The notes under the pieces were generated by a model. It did no database searches. It worked only from the letters and a program-made list of their open reading frames with translations, and was not told where the DNA came from. Shown piece after piece: positions 27,533-42,491 of a stretch of DNA of 64,000 nt. Source of the DNA: Trichoplax adhaerens (taxonomy: Eukaryota > Animalia > Placozoa); the NCBI RefSeq assembly GCF_000150275.1, contig NW_002060962.1, forward strand, positions 861,205 through 925,204. Reading direction: 5' to 3'. The translations under genes were made by a program, and so were the position numbers. Numbering within the stretch: the stretch's first letter is position 1; every line of letters begins with the position of its first letter.

Positions 27533-30175
27533 ATGTCTACAATCCCATTGCATTCTCATCCATCAGAAAGCCTTGAAGGTTTCCAAACATACGCTGCTAT
27601 GTGGTCCACTATACCACGTCATCTACGGCGGCATTTATTTCGAATTGGCATCGCTATGTTGTTATTTGGTTTTCTAAGTGTTATTTTTGGTATTGTTGGA
27701 TATTTCTTACCTGCTTATCTGCTGAATGTGAATATTGTCATTGGCGCAGATATATGGATGGGAGTATTTGTAAGTCTATTGAAGTTAATAGATTTGACGA
27801 ATGATTGAGCTATCGTGCTTTCAGAGTAATAGTTAAAGCGATAAATTCTTGACGATTGGCGTGAGTGTGGAATTATTAATTACTTTAATTGGTTTAATTT
27901 ATATGCCGTGTGATTTAAAGAGAAGCCCTTCTTTTAATAATTTATATTAGCTAACTGCTGTTTTTTCCTAAATGATGCTCTAGTATATGATTCCTGGTAC
28001 TTTTGCGATAGCATCCGAAATACGTCGAAACGTTCGAGCTCTGGTAAGATTTTAGAATTTTAAAAAGAGCAGTGATAATTATTGACAGATTTACTGTGCC
28101 ATGGAAAGTTGTATCGATCTCTTAGCATGAAAGTAGTTCATTTTACGTAGTTTCAAATTACTATTATAGGCTTCGTAGTACTTAAATGTAGCCTTTTTAG
28201 TTCGAATTCAGTCATTTTAATTACAAACTAAGACTAACTGAGGTTCAATTTGCTTTATTGTTCAACAGACTCATTGCTATTATGCGTTTAGCATTCTGAT
28301 TTTTCTAATGTCTATCGCTCACTTCGTACTATGCATATTGGGCATTCTCAGTCCTACATTTTGGCACAGCTTGGTGTCATTATTGATAGCATTTTCGATG
28401 TTTGTTTTATCTTTGACGACGATGATAATACTATCTGCGAGCATCTATTGCAGTTGTTGTCGATGTGCATCTTGTACGGCTACCGAATTGGTAAGTTTTT
28501 ATATTTAATTAATGATTCTGCTGCACAGTGCTCGTTGCGTAACTAGTGTAAAACGATATAGATTGTTAGTATTTTTTTCGTAGTTTGATTCTGATGTGCT
28601 ATGCATCTGTTACTAATTCAGTTTCACCATCTTCAACATTATCGATCATCATATTTGGTAATATAAGTTTTTGCTATTCTGTATTTCTTTATTGCAAATC
28701 CGAAATAGCACAGTACCAACTTTAATGATTGCAATAGCGTTAGTTTCAGACTCATAGTTGGATACATGATTTAAGTAGTAAGACTCATTACGTTGTCATG
28801 ATTAGGGAAAGTAAGACTCATTATGTTATCATGATTATGAAACTTTGGTTACTTTTAATAGACTGTCGTACTATTAATTTTCGCATAGAAGGATATGATA
28901 TCGTTTAAGGTTTACTATACAAGTTAATGATAAAATTAGAAGTACTTGCAAACATCACATTGTTATTTACAGTTAGTATTAACAAATTCAAGCATGGTCA
29001 TGTTGTTAGTGTGATGAATACACTAGTTTTAATTTCGTAGGAAACGATGTTAATCGTAAAATTCGCTCATATGACGAGTCTAGTAAGTTAATAGATGTTA
29101 TTCAATAATATAGTTTTTGTTTATCATCTTCGGGTTGTAAACAAGCTAAGGATATAAGTAGTTAGGGTAATGTAATAGAGATTGCCTTCGTGCTTGAATT
29201 TTAGTTTGCGATCGTAGAACCTTTTGTTAACGATAGGCCCTGCAATAAAGTATTCACCCCGAATCATTTATAATTAGAATTATTGAAGAACGAAAAGAAG
29301 CAGATTTATTTCATGAGGATTACAATCTATAGACGAAATGATTCTCACAAGTATTTATATATATGGATTTAATGCTTACCGGTATTCAATTGTAGGACAA
29401 TGCTAACGATGGGGATTATTCGAATATTGCTCGCAGTCAATCTGGAAATACAAATGATTTCGGTGCTTCCACTCGAGGAATTGACCTAATGAAGAAAAAG
29501 CCTGAATTTAAAGGCGCATTGGATGTAAATCCTACTGTGACTTTACCACAACTTTCAGAGAAAAATAGTAAAAACTATATCAAAAATATCAACGATTACA
29601 GTAAGATATACTCACAACTACGTATAATTTCCAATGTGATTGCCTTTATTAAATAATTTATATGAAATAAATATAAAATTTGATGATACGACATCGCAAA
29701 CATGTATTAGTAAAGCAATTCCCTTTGTTATCTAGATAATTGGATTCCTCAAGCTAGACAACCAATATTATTACGTAGAGAACATGATAAAATGTACGCG
29801 TTGGTTCCTCAAATTGTCTTAACCACTGATTCTATAGATATAGGAAATATACTGAAATCAGGGAATTATACTAGATCGAAATATGATATACAACTACAAC
29901 AACAGCAACTAAATAGAATTACAGCAGTAAACGTACCGCAGTCACAGCAATTAAGGAGACCAGAATTACAAGCTCAACAGATACAACAACCCTTGATGCA
30001 AGGACAACAGGAACAATTAGAACAACAACAAAAGCTTATTAAGGAGCAGCAACAACTCATTGGCATGTTACAGAAGCAGCAGGAGGAAATAAAACAACAG
30101 CAATCACAAATATTGCAACAAGGATCGCAGGTACCATCCCCGCAAATACAGTCTCCTCAGCAGGAATTTCAATAA
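27533..30175 (+). CDS. CD20/MS4A-like four-TM protein A with long Q-rich C-terminus (~390-410 aa)
   Basis: Exons 27533-27769, 27984-28043 (60 bp, YMIPGTFAIASEIRRNVRAL), 28269-28490, 29396-29600, 29736-30175. Optional frame-neutral micro-exons at 28622-28657 and 29041-29082. Four hydrophobic helices, GxDxWxG motif, post-TM4 YCSCCRCASC. Confidence 0.75.
28746..28840. repeat. Intronic ~32-bp tandem repeat (2 clear copies plus 1 degenerate)
   Basis: agtaagactcattacgttgtcatgatta followed by agtaagactcattatgttatcatgatta. Confidence 0.7.
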
Positions 30176-30489
30176 CTGCTTAACACAATCGCAAATATTG
30201 CAACAAGTACCCACTTCTTCTCCCCAACAACTGCAAGTGCTACAAGAAGCTTCCTATTTAGTACCTTAAAAAACGAGAGATTATAATAAAGGACGTAGCC
30301 ACTGCTGCTACTTCCGTATCAACAGTATTCTTTGTAACCTTGCAAAGGCTAAGTTGTAACTGTAAAAATTTTAGGTTATCAAGATTCCTTTGTATACCAA
30401 TAGTATATAAGCTTAATTGAAGGATGACTATATTGATGAGAATTTTTTGATAATAATTGCAATATTTTGATATTATAGCACTCTATATG

Positions 30490-30977
30490 TGTAGTATATT
30501 TAGTTGTTACTGTAATTTTTAGATATTTTCTTAAATATAGACATTTTGTTATGTTCCGAATATAGATATCTCCATATATTCTATAGTCTATTTCAACTAT
30601 GTTCAAATATAGCTTGTCATGTTTAGTTATTTATAGCACCTACAGTCTTCGCTATTTCCTTCAATCATTTTCTATTATATAGCCTGTTTATGGTATATGA
30701 TGTATCTAATTCTACAATTCTGCTCTCTGCAAGTGTTCTCTATCTAAAACTATAAATACTGATGATTTCTGCCTCAGATTTGTTCTGTTGCACTTATTAG
30801 TATTACTATCTACACACGTTACTTCACGACAGCTTACACACTGATCTACCAATAACTTCCTCACTGTACCTAGTTATTCTCTGTAATAAATATCTCTTTT
30901 GCTAATAACCCCTCGTATCATTATTGTAGAATACCTAAGGAGTCCACGTCCGCAGACCCTTCGAACCCTCTATCACA
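30490..30977 (+). mobile_element. Solo LTR, second family (488 bp)
   Basis: Termini TGTAGT...CCCTCTATCACA. Perfect TSD ATATG. TATAAATA at 30751 and AATAAA at 30885. Full-length similarity to 43838-44301. Confidence 0.85.
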
Positions 30978-33173
30978 ATATGTATAAGTGCAGAATATAT
31001 CGATCGATACGTAGAGTTTAATATACTAGACGTTGAACAAACGTTGCTTAGAAAAATAATTCGTGCAAGTGAGACTCATTTCTGTTATCTCTCTTGAAGT
31101 CGAAGATGCATATATATATTTTGTAGTAATCCCCCTCTCCCATTTGATTGTATCGATAGCTATATTTGGTATATTCAGATTTTTGAGAATAGATTTTATC
31201 ATGATGCTACTATTTGATAATTGCTAATTACGATACTGGAAATTGCTGATTTTCTAATACTAGCCACTTAATCAATTACGGTACAAGATTTATGTTGTTT
31301 TGATATACGCTAATTATGAAGATGTCACGCACCACACGATGTTGGAAATTTATGATAGAAGAGAAATGAGATTTTAAGCAGATTGGTTCACACAATAAAA
31401 ATATTAATGATCTACTTAAGCAAAGTCTTTTTTTTGATGATTTAAGCCTAATTACAGGCAGTTTTGTTGGCGTAAATAGATCGAACAAAAGGCATATAAG
31501 GACTGGAGAGAAGCGCCTCCAGTAAGCTTCTTATTTTTAAGCTCAGGATACATTAAATTAGATTCTTGATACAAATAATTATTACTCTGCTATCCTTAAC
31601 TCAGTAATAAAATCAGTTTTTTACCTTCTATACTGACAAAAACAAATATTTTGTGAGATACTTGTATTAAAAATTATTATTATACTTATATCATTTTTCG
31701 TAAATGACTCTATTTGAATAAGTGAAGCGAAATAAATCTTGGTGGATAATTTGCTTCCTGGAAAGGATTTGTTCATGCTAATTTCATTTACAGAGTATTA
31801 CTCTACGACCAATGTAATTGAAAGTTGTTCGACCTGATGTACCTTATTGCAGATTTCACTTTTTCAGTTCTTAATAAACATTTTTACTGTTATTAATGGA
31901 AGTACGATAAGAAGTTCTTCGTAAAGATTTAGAAGTAGTTTGTGAATTGCACAAATCTGATTTCAAATTATTTTACTGTCGCTGTAATTTTAACAAGAAA
32001 TTTAGAGTTGTAATTCGTACTTTAATCTTATAAAGATTTTTTCATCTCCTTTAAATATATTTATGATGATAGCTAGCGGTAGCGATCATTCTTATTCTTA
32101 TCGCTACCATCCCCTGTCTGAGATTGAACTATTTGAGATTCCTTCTATATGAGGTGATTTAATATAAACTACCTTGATTGGCTTGATAAAATATTTCAAG
32201 GGTGCTGGAAAATATGAGTTATGGTAATTTTTTCAGGTTCTGCGGCTTTACTTTATATAGTTAAATTAATTTCAATAATACAATTAATCAGCTATCTTCA
32301 TGAACTATAAGAATAGTTTCTTATAAATTGCACGATAACATTCCCTTAAGGAAGAGTGTATATAGATTGTGATTGTGATACAGTAGCATACTATTGAGAA
32401 ATTCGAAATTGTCAACGGTATATAATTTTCTGCATAAAGTTATGATAAGCTGTTGCTGATATACGTATTTACGTTCTTTAGCGGAATAGTTATCTCCTAA
32501 CTTTAGTTCAGTCAGGTAGTTCTCTTAAGAGCTGTAATTATCAAGAGATGGAGAAACCTGTTAATTTTTGCTAATTCAGTAGCATAACATACTCGTACAA
32601 CTCAGGTTTAATTCCTAAAATTTTGAAGAAAGATAATTCTTGTAACGATATTTCCAATGTCATCTAAGATTACTGGATGAAGCTTATCATTCAATAATTG
32701 CATACTTAAGCTACATCTGTATTTATAGTTTAAAATAATGAAATTCATGCAAATTAGTGCGTTAATATAAAAGTTTGGTAAATATTTCATCGGTTTTGTC
32801 TTTGTTTTCTATATGATATTTACGCATATGTGATTTACTCGCATTAATTATTAGTCAGTGAGTTTAATAGACTTAATTTGTCGACTGCCGCTTTATTACT
32901 GAATTATTGGAATTTACAGTAAAATAATTACTATAGATTAAGGTGTAACACGTGATACCTGTAAAATACGTGGGAAACTTGTTTGTTGGTTGCTAAATCC
33001 CGAACGTTGATAATCACTATTGTCAGAATAGGTTGTATTGGTGAATCAAAAGTTGCATAAAGTGGCATTTACTGCTAAAGAGCATTTTATACCGTAGTTA
33101 GAGCATTAGAATAGAGAATCGAAATAATCCTTGTAATATTCACGAGCTTTTATAAAAGATACGGTAACGAAGT

Positions 33174-34681
33174 ATGGCATCGGATAGCTTTCAATACGGA
33201 CAGTTAGAGGAAGATCTAAATCAAATATCAGGACTGAAGAGCCTCGTTCTAGAAGGCCGATATCGTCATGCTTCATTTGGTTTAGCAATTAGTTTATTCG
33301 TAACAGGTTTGATAAGCAGCATTATAGGTGGAATTGGATATATGATGCCAGGATACGAAACTAACTTCAGCATCGTTATCGGACAAGACGTTTGGATCGG
33401 ATTGATTGTAAGCATCGCTCTAAAGGGAATACAAAACTACCATCCAGAGCATGCATAGATTAATGAATCTGGAATTTTTGTGATAAATGAAGTCGGTGAA
33501 TTTTTTACTAACGCTAAATATCGTCTATTAGTATTCTATGACCGGACTGTTTGGAATAATAACTTACTACAATCAAACGAATCCACATCTTGTAAGATAT
33601 TTATCGTCATTTATTACGATTTAAAAGATATATTAATCACTTTAACAATTTAAACTTTGAAGTTATAAGGATAACAATCACCATCAATTTTTGTTATTTC
33701 AGATGCATACTTATTACTCATTCTCAATCCTGGCTTTCCATGCTGCCATTGCCCAATTTATATTAGGCCTAATTCCATGTTTTGGCTATATATTTGTGTT
33801 ATGGCATAACATCATAACTATGATTTTATCCCTTTTCGCGATCAGCTTTTCTCTTGCTTGCGTCATAATACTCTCAAAGGCTATATATTGCTGTGGAACA
33901 ACGGTAACGTGAAATACATAACGAGATATATATATAACGCTAAGTATAAATATGATACATACGATTAAGTAATATACGAACGCAAGTTAGTTTATAGATA
34001 GATTTAACACGACTACTAATCTATCTATTAGGAACCGCTTTAGGATATTGAAACATTACATAAACATTACATAAACATTCTCTGATTACCTGCAACAGTT
34101 TATTAGATTGCATTAGTCTTTTCTCTTGAGTAAGGGAACCTTAATTTCATTCTAAATGAGTATCCATCTTATCCGTTATAATTTAGAATGCTCGTACGAT
34201 GTACTATGAAAATACTACAAATCCCAACCAAGCCGCTACTTTACAACAGCCATCAGGACAACCAGGTAAAAGTGTCATATACTCGTACGGTATCGTTTTA
34301 TAAAATATATTTACTTATCTAAATCAGTTTAGTGGATGATTAAATGATTTTAGTAAAGTTGAATAAATTTCGGTATAACCACGTTAAAAAATTTGAATAT
34401 GCATACAGTATTTCTGTGCTATTTAAGAACAGCGTAGCATAATCATGACCGGTACATTCTGCTATTACTGTTATTTAATTTGCTCGGTACTTAGTTTATA
34501 TCAAAGTCAGTAGTTAAAGTTCAAGTGAATTGTTCTTAATCCAAAAATACTAATTAAATATATTTTATTTTCGCCAATAGGAGCAATAATAATGCCTTCA
34601 AATCGATTAGTAAATTTAAATCAAGAAACTTCAGGCGCTTATACCATCCTTTCTGAGGCTACAGATAATTCTAATTCATGA
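33174..34681 (+). CDS. CD20/MS4A-like four-TM protein B (224 aa, short tail)
   Basis: Exons 33174-33407, 33532-33591 (60 bp), 33703-33903, 34187-34265, 34581-34681. All GT-AG, frame continuous, phases 0,0,0,1. Confidence 0.85.
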
Positions 34682-36729
34682 ATTTGATTATACTATTTAC
34701 TAGCTATTCAAGTTGTCGAAATAGAAATATTCTATACTAGATTGAAAGACTCACATGGAACTTTATATAGTTTGCTGAATCATCTAAGTAATTCTTAAAT
34801 AAGTTCTTAATCAAATTCACTTAGTACGGTACTTAATCAAACACATTTATTGAGCAGTAGTTAACTAAAAATGTTGCCCAATCAAGGTATGCAAAGGATA
34901 ATACATATGAGATAAAGGTGTTGAACACAACATTATAATTTATTTATTTCTAATTTGATGCCATGAATTATAATTTTACGACAAAAAACTATATTGTGCA
35001 AATTTAAATCAACTTTATCGTGAAAACATTAGCTAGCCAAGTAAAAATTATCAAAAAATTAATTATTTTAGTAATACTCGAAAATTTAATAACTAATGAA
35101 TCAGTTGTTTTAAAAAAAAAAAAGAACACATATTAAAACTTGCTTAGACAGTAAAAATTCGATGGTGATAAATCTCGTGGCCGCCCAATCTATTTTGTAC
35201 ACTTTGCGATGGATTGTAAGTTTGGTTGTTCCAGATATTGGACACTATAGATTAAAATTTATGAATGCATTCTACTAGCATGAAGATGTCTTATACGAAG
35301 GTAATTAAATTGAAATTGTGTACCTAATGGTCACTTCTTGGGCATTATTAATCATATTGGAATACAAGAAATTTTAAAGAGATAATAGTTTAATGTCTTA
35401 GATACCGTATACTATGGCAGCAGGCTTTTGCTAGAATGGAAACATTACAAGGGATCTAGTTCTTTTTAATTGTTAAAAGAGTCTCAATATATGCTCTGAG
35501 AGTATTCTTTTTTTCATAACCTTTTAGATAGTAAGAAATTATTCTATTCTGTGCTGCTAAAATAATACTGCAGTTAATAATAAGCTTATTGCCATCTAAA
35601 TAAGTAGAATGCTTTCTTGCATATTGAGGCTACCGACATTAAATCATGCTGCTGATGCATTTCAGCTTTAAGAAAATGTATATGTAATAGTAAAGAGAAT
35701 GATAGTATTAGCGTTTATCGACGATATACGCTATATGTATAGTACTTATGGGTAATTGCTATAGCAACCGAGTGTTAACAGAATTAAACGCGGCCATAGG
35801 TTCATGATACAATTTTTACTCTTTATGATTATACTGTAAGTAGTTCATTATATTCTTCTTGAGTGAAATCTATTAAACTAATACTGTAGATTCTCATATT
35901 AATTATCTATTAAACTGTTAGAGTTAATCTAGTCACCTAGCATGATATACATAACGATGGTAATTTTAAATGCTAAATTTTAGTAACTACCATGGGCGAA
36001 CGAATAGGTAGTCGATGATAACTTATCCTTTTTACGCAGCTTATCTGCGTCTAAATTACCATTGATCATTTGCAATTATAATAATTGAATCTATTAGTAG
36101 TCATAAATTGATCCTGCACTACTTATAATCAAATCAGAGGCGTGGCTAGTAGGCTTCTTGATATGTTTGAGGTTGATTTTCTTCATTATATTTACATTCC
36201 TTTTACACAATGAGGGTGGAAAAATTATTGTGCAACTAGTTACCTTAGATAATATATGGTATGCTTTGTTCGTGCTCTGCCTTGTAATTGATAATTTAAA
36301 TAATTTTGACTTCATTAGCGTAGAAGTTGATACTGAAATACTTTCTAGTGCATTGGTTTAATAACTTTTCCTGTAATTATAATTACCACTTTTGTATATT
36401 TATGCAGAATAAAATACACTGTAGCCACATATACTCAGACTTCACATGAATATTAGAATTGATTGACTAATAAGTCTGTGTTGCTTAGCAGCTGAGCACG
36501 ACGTTTTCGTAGGCTTTTGATTTCGGTCCGTTATCAATTGTTCATCCAACATTTTAATCTTTAATTAGATCTTGCACAGTAGAACAACAATTAATATTTT
36601 TGATAACTCTGGTATACGTGTACAGACAACATTAAAGTAGCTAGAGATAAAATATTAACAATTATAATAGATCGAAAGAGTCTATAAAATCTTCAGTTGA
36701 CTAATCAATAGGTGAATATTCTGGGTACT

Positions 36730-38993
36730 ATGCCGTCTTCTCATTCTCAAGCATTTCAACAGCAGCAACTGCAACAGATGCTGCAGAATCAATCATCAGT
36801 AAAAAATTACACATTGCCAACTGGTTTACGCCGCATAAATCTGGGTCTTGGTGTAACTACTCTTATCTTAGGTATTTGCTCTATGGCTTTTGGTGGAGTT
36901 TCGTTTACAGCCAGGGCAGTTTATGGAAATATATCCATTCAGATTGCTCAGGATATCTATGTAGGATTATCGGTAAATGTTAATAACAGATATCTTAGAT
37001 ATTCATAGAGCACTAAAGTATCAAGTAACAAACATAATGATCACAAACAATTTATTTGTATGTAGTTCTATATCATAAGTGAATCTCTTTTTAACATTTG
37101 ATAGTTTTAACATATCAGTGTTTTTATAACCTTGTAGGTAATACTGTAGATAAGTGACAGGATACACTAAAGTTGTTATTTTGTAGGGGGTATATCTTGT
37201 TGCGTTATGTTAAAAAAGTTAGGGGGTCATTCTCTAACTTAAAATGCTGTCTGCTGCTTCTATGTACTAGTAGTTTAGCAATTACAGTACGATATCTCGA
37301 TATAACTGTAACGAATTTACACCCAAACGTCTAGTACAGTAATGTCGATAACGGCGATGATTTCTTGATATAATCATCTGGTACAGACAGTAGTTTAAAT
37401 TCAAACAAATATTAATCTGTAGCATTTTAGCTCTCGTTTGCGCAATCATGCTATTTATCTAAACTTTTTATATTTATATTTGATTAAAGTATTTTCTGGC
37501 AGGAATCTTTGCGCTTGTTGCACATTGTAATAGGTTAAACAAAAAATTGGTAAGTTTAAAGCAGACATGTAAGAGTAAATTATAATATGAGAAATAGCCC
37601 ACTTAGAAAGAGATAAATAATGTTTTACTCCTTGTTGCCCTTTTCCTGCTATCAGAAGCTAACTTAAATTCAATTTTTAAATTTTTGAACACCTAGTTAC
37701 ATGCAAATTATGCTTTTGCTATTCTTGGTTGCGTCTTTTCCATTAGCCAGTTTTGCGTAGGATTAATTAGTATCCTTGGCTATACACCAACATCTCGCTG
37801 GCACAACATTGTAACTATCGTTATATCCTTCGCTGGCTTCACATTGACTTTATCGAGTGTCATCATGCTCTCTGAATATGTATATTGCACATCCTATTCT
37901 ACAGTAAGTAGTAGTATTAAGAAATTGATTGTAAAATGTTATTCACTATCATTTCGATGGGAATAATGCATAATATTTGGCTATTTATATGGACAAAGAC
38001 TTACCTTTCAAACCGTTCTTATATAATTTGTAGAATCTTTATCTAGGAATAGTTTCTAAAAAAATTATTATAAAGCCAACTAGAGTGATAATAGTGTCTG
38101 CTTGTTATTTAATGTAGGACGATACTGCCGTTGAACCACTCGTTGAGTCAAGAAACATAGGTAAATTGCACTTCAAATTAAATTACGCTTACATCAGAGC
38201 AGCGCCCTATATAATTCATTGTCTTATATTAGATACGATAAGATATCGTATTGATCGCTAACCATGCGGATAAGTATTTGTAGAGATTAATAGAATGAAA
38301 TTGAAAGAGTAAAAAGAAAAAAAAGTAATTTCTTTAGCATTTACATGCTAATGCCAGTTATGAGCAAGATTTAGACGTACTGTATTAGCTGGATAACAGA
38401 ATATCTGAGTACCATTTATTTGTGTTGCCGTAGTTAATTACAACAATGTGAATTTTTATTCAGAGTTAGATACTGTAGCGAGTCCATCACCAGCTAATAT
38501 CCAACAAGGATTAAACAAACAGGACCCGAAAATATTTTCACCTCATAATATGGCCATGACCACCAATGCAGTTCAAGTAGCTACTACACAACAGGTAGCT
38601 CATCCACAGATTGTATATGCACCTCATGCCATGAATACGATGGCAGCAGCATCGCCAACTGCAGTGCATCAGATTGTAAATTTACCGCAACGTGGAAATC
38701 TAATGGTACAGCCTGGATTTCAACAGTTTATACCTAATACTGAAGTAGTTGGCGTACCTACGATGGCAACGGTACAACAGGTTATTGCTTCACAAACGCC
38801 AAGTGGTCAACTTGTAATTACTCCTAGAGATGCAAATACAATGATGCCAAAACCCATCGATAATCGATCACCTTCCCATGGCATAGAAGCAGTGGTGAGC
38901 AATCCATCTATTGATATTCAACACAATTCGCATGAAATGAGTACAGTGGAACCTAAAATTGATATCACTTCCGAATCAAAAGGAAGCTTTTAA
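36730..38993 (+). CDS. CD20/MS4A-like four-TM protein C (360 aa)
   Basis: Exons 36730-36972, 37490-37549 (60 bp), 37697-37903, 38118-38160, 38464-38993. Same intron phases as the paralogs; P/Q/T-rich tail. Confidence 0.85.
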
Positions 38994-41900
38994 GAGACTC
39001 TTACAGAGCATTCCAATAAATAGAACGCCAATCCAATCACTTAATTATGTTATCCGAGGAAGATTCTGTGTATTATTTCCGACATATTAGTTACCGTTTA
39101 AATAAAATGACGTCTTAGAAATTTTGGATGTTATTGTAAAAAAGTAGCTAAGATATTGAATGATCAAATTTTATTTCGATTTCTCTTTTCATAAATAAAT
39201 TAATAATATAGACTGTTTGTATGCAATATTATACAAAATACTTGTGCAAAAAAGCTAGACGATTTTATCGAACGTAGACTCATAAGTGCTGCGCCGCGCT
39301 GCAGTGCATGAGTTTTTAACCCTATTATGTTCAGACATACAGTTCTACGCTGCATAATATCACTGTATTCCCTAACTCATAACTCCTGTGATTAGATGAA
39401 ATCATTGCTTACCTCTATTAGAACCTGAATAGAAAATGAATTTGTATTTTTCTTACAGTTAGAAATAACTGATTTATGCCAACCTCAGGCAATTAAAACT
39501 ATACGATGATCCATGTAATCATGAAGCATTGAACTGTAAGCAAGTCTAAGATAAGCTTTCCTTAAATCAAAGTCATAAGCAGTTACTTCGGGGTGTATGC
39601 TTGCACTTGAATCTCTATTTACAGGTCTTTGCACTTCTAGCCACAGCTTAATCTAGTTTAAACTGACCGTCATACAAATACAGATGATTAATTATCGCTC
39701 ACAATAGCGTGTACTGCATGATCCAACGATATCATCACTTATTTCAGATAATATTGATTAATAAACTATAATAGATTAGAGCTCGATAGCAGGAAATGCA
39801 ATGTAGAATGATTTCAGTTGCAACATATCGTATTCCATCGTTGTCGTAGAAGTTAGTACCGTTTAATTTAGAATCATCGTTATCATCCTTATTTATATAT
39901 CGTTACTATGATAAGATTTTACTTTTAGGCTTAATTTTGATTTAATTGTGGAAGATTTTGAGCTCAAAGACAGAATAATTTACTGTATTATCAATAGGGC
40001 ATATCCTTAAAAATACTAATACTAAATTAAGCATATTATCCTCAAACACATTGTAGAATGATAATAGTTCTAAGAAATAGAAAGGTAAGTGTACGAAAGG
40101 TAATAGCAAGCTAAGATCAATTCATTTGGAAATTTAAGTTTTAATTCAATAGAAAATTAATTAAAGGATTTACTACCTCCCACGTACCGTTGTGTTGTGA
40201 ATCGCAGTAATGTAGAATCCAAAAGAATTAGTGGCAGATTTCCAGCTCGATTGAGCTATAAGAAAGCATCTCAAAGATAATTTGATTAGAACTACAGCTG
40301 CATGCTAACTGGACTGTATTGCATAAATTAGTTCTCTATCAGCAACTTACAATCTAATCTCTAAATACGATTGTAATAAATGCATCTTACAATAAATATC
40401 TTAGTCAAATGATATTTTCTTAGAGGCTTTTATTACAAGGTTTTAGGAATAGTAGAGCAATAATTAATTACTGCAAGAATCTACTCTAACATCTAAGGTA
40501 TTCCGGGCTAAAAGCGAAGTAAAGTCTCTTCTCCTCCTGAGGTCATGTCTGTACTTCTTATATACATTTAGTTAAATCCGTTTATGACAACTTGATTAAT
40601 CTACATTCAGACATGAGTCATCAAACAAAATATTTTTTCAAATAGTACATATTATTTTCTACAATCTAAATCATTCTACTTAAGATGTCACTACTCTTCT
40701 ATTAACGTCTAGCCCTTTTCTTCGGAGGACATCTTAGCTACGACAGTGTTTCTAACCACGTAAATCTTATACCATAATTAGTCAACTGGCTACTATTAGT
40801 CATTAATAATTTTTAATATAGCAGTTAGCAATCATCTAATATTAGCTTCACGATAATAGCTATTCGAAGAAACCGAACTATATCAAATATAGCTATCCGT
40901 ATAATCAAATATGGGTGCATCACTACAATGATCAGATTTCTTAACTCGATTGAACGGTGAGAGAATGCCTGATAGATAATTTGACGAGAACCATAGCTTC
41001 GTATTAAATTTCACGATATTATATGAGTTAGCTATTTGCTAGCTGTTATATTCATGGTAATCGGTAGTAGGTTTAATTGAGAATCGTTTATTGATCAATC
41101 GGAATCGTGTATTTATACATTTGTGAAATTATTTTACATATAGTACAATTAATGTGTGCTTTAATACCTTATACTTGATAGCGGCGACTAACTGATAGTT
41201 ACCAGACAATGATTTCAAATTATCGTTTGCAAAGACGCTAAGAAAATATGTCACTTGTATTAACGTTAATGTTTCCAGTTATTAAACAACAAATTTTAAT
41301 AATGGTGATGTTATTGTGTCACTCATGGCTCTTCATAAACAGATCCTGCACTTTGATAGTGTATTCTCGCTAATAATTTAAATAAGTCTGACTGACGATA
41401 ATACTTTAAGCTATACTTAATAATTAATATATGAATTTACGTTTGTTTAACGTATCTTGACTATTAAGCCGTCCTTAAAAGAATAACTCAAGTTGAACGA
41501 TCAATATTTAAGGATAACAGCAAGCATGTTCTAGCTAACACGAATTTTATTTATGCGAAACATTATACGATTATATCTAACTTGGATTCAAAAATAGTGT
41601 ATTACTTATAAGAATATCGGTAGAAAACGAGTTTATATTTTATTTACGGTTAACAAATTAATAAGTATCAATTTCGCTTTATTTCATTGATCCGTTCAGA
41701 GTACATTGAACTCCATAGATAGTCTATGGTGGAGTTGCTTAAATCAGAGTCATAATCAGTTATTCCAAGGTGTATGCTAAACTATAAATATCGTCAGATT
41801 TCTTAGCTCGATTCAACTGCGGGAAATACACGGTAAAAAGTTACTGAACCTCTGGCAGGTCTATCAAATGGTAATACTATCTGTTAAATGAGCACATTAT

Positions 41901-42467
41901 CGTAAACCGTCAGCAAAGCGACGGGAGTTTGCACTAGTATTTCATAAATTATACCTAGACATTCACATTCATACAAAGTAAGTCACGCAATAAAATCTAC
42001 CAATTTTACTAATACAATTGGTAACTACTCAATAAATAGAGTCTTGACCTTATACAGGTGGCAATTACTAGCATTTTACATTCCAGCAAACAAATATGAT
42101 CTAGTATATGACTATACAGTACTACACGAAGCCATTTCTGACAAGTATATTAGGCGTCTACGCAGTAAAAATGCAAAGCTTTTTGTCGCGAAGCGAGTTT
42201 TCATGATGATTGTTGATTTGGTTAAGTTAAATTTTCACCGTAGTTCTTTCTGCTTCATTTTGCTTTCGAATTGATTTCTCTATATATCTGTTGAAGTAAC
42301 TATTATTTTTTTACTGTTGTCTTGAGAATGAAGTTTGTAGTGTGTGTTTCTCGTATTTGATTGCTTTATGAATTTGCTACCATAAAATTCTAGTGTTATT
42401 AAAGATCTGTTTTGTGAATGTTTTCTGAGCGATTTGTACCATATTATATACCGTTATTTCCCCCCAG

Positions 42468-42491
42468 TGTCACAAATCACGATTTGTGACA
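42468..42491 (-). mobile_element. Palindromic terminus of a degraded solo-LTR-like element
   Basis: TGTCACAAATC-AC-GATTTGTGACA (11-bp perfect arms) resembles the left end of 16347-16788. The other end and TSD could not be located securely. Confidence 0.45.

Noticed and set aside
34635-34655. ITIM/ITAM in the gene B tail (GAYTIL)
   Set aside because: A single YxxL without the ITIM -2 residue or a second tyrosine; not shared by paralogs.
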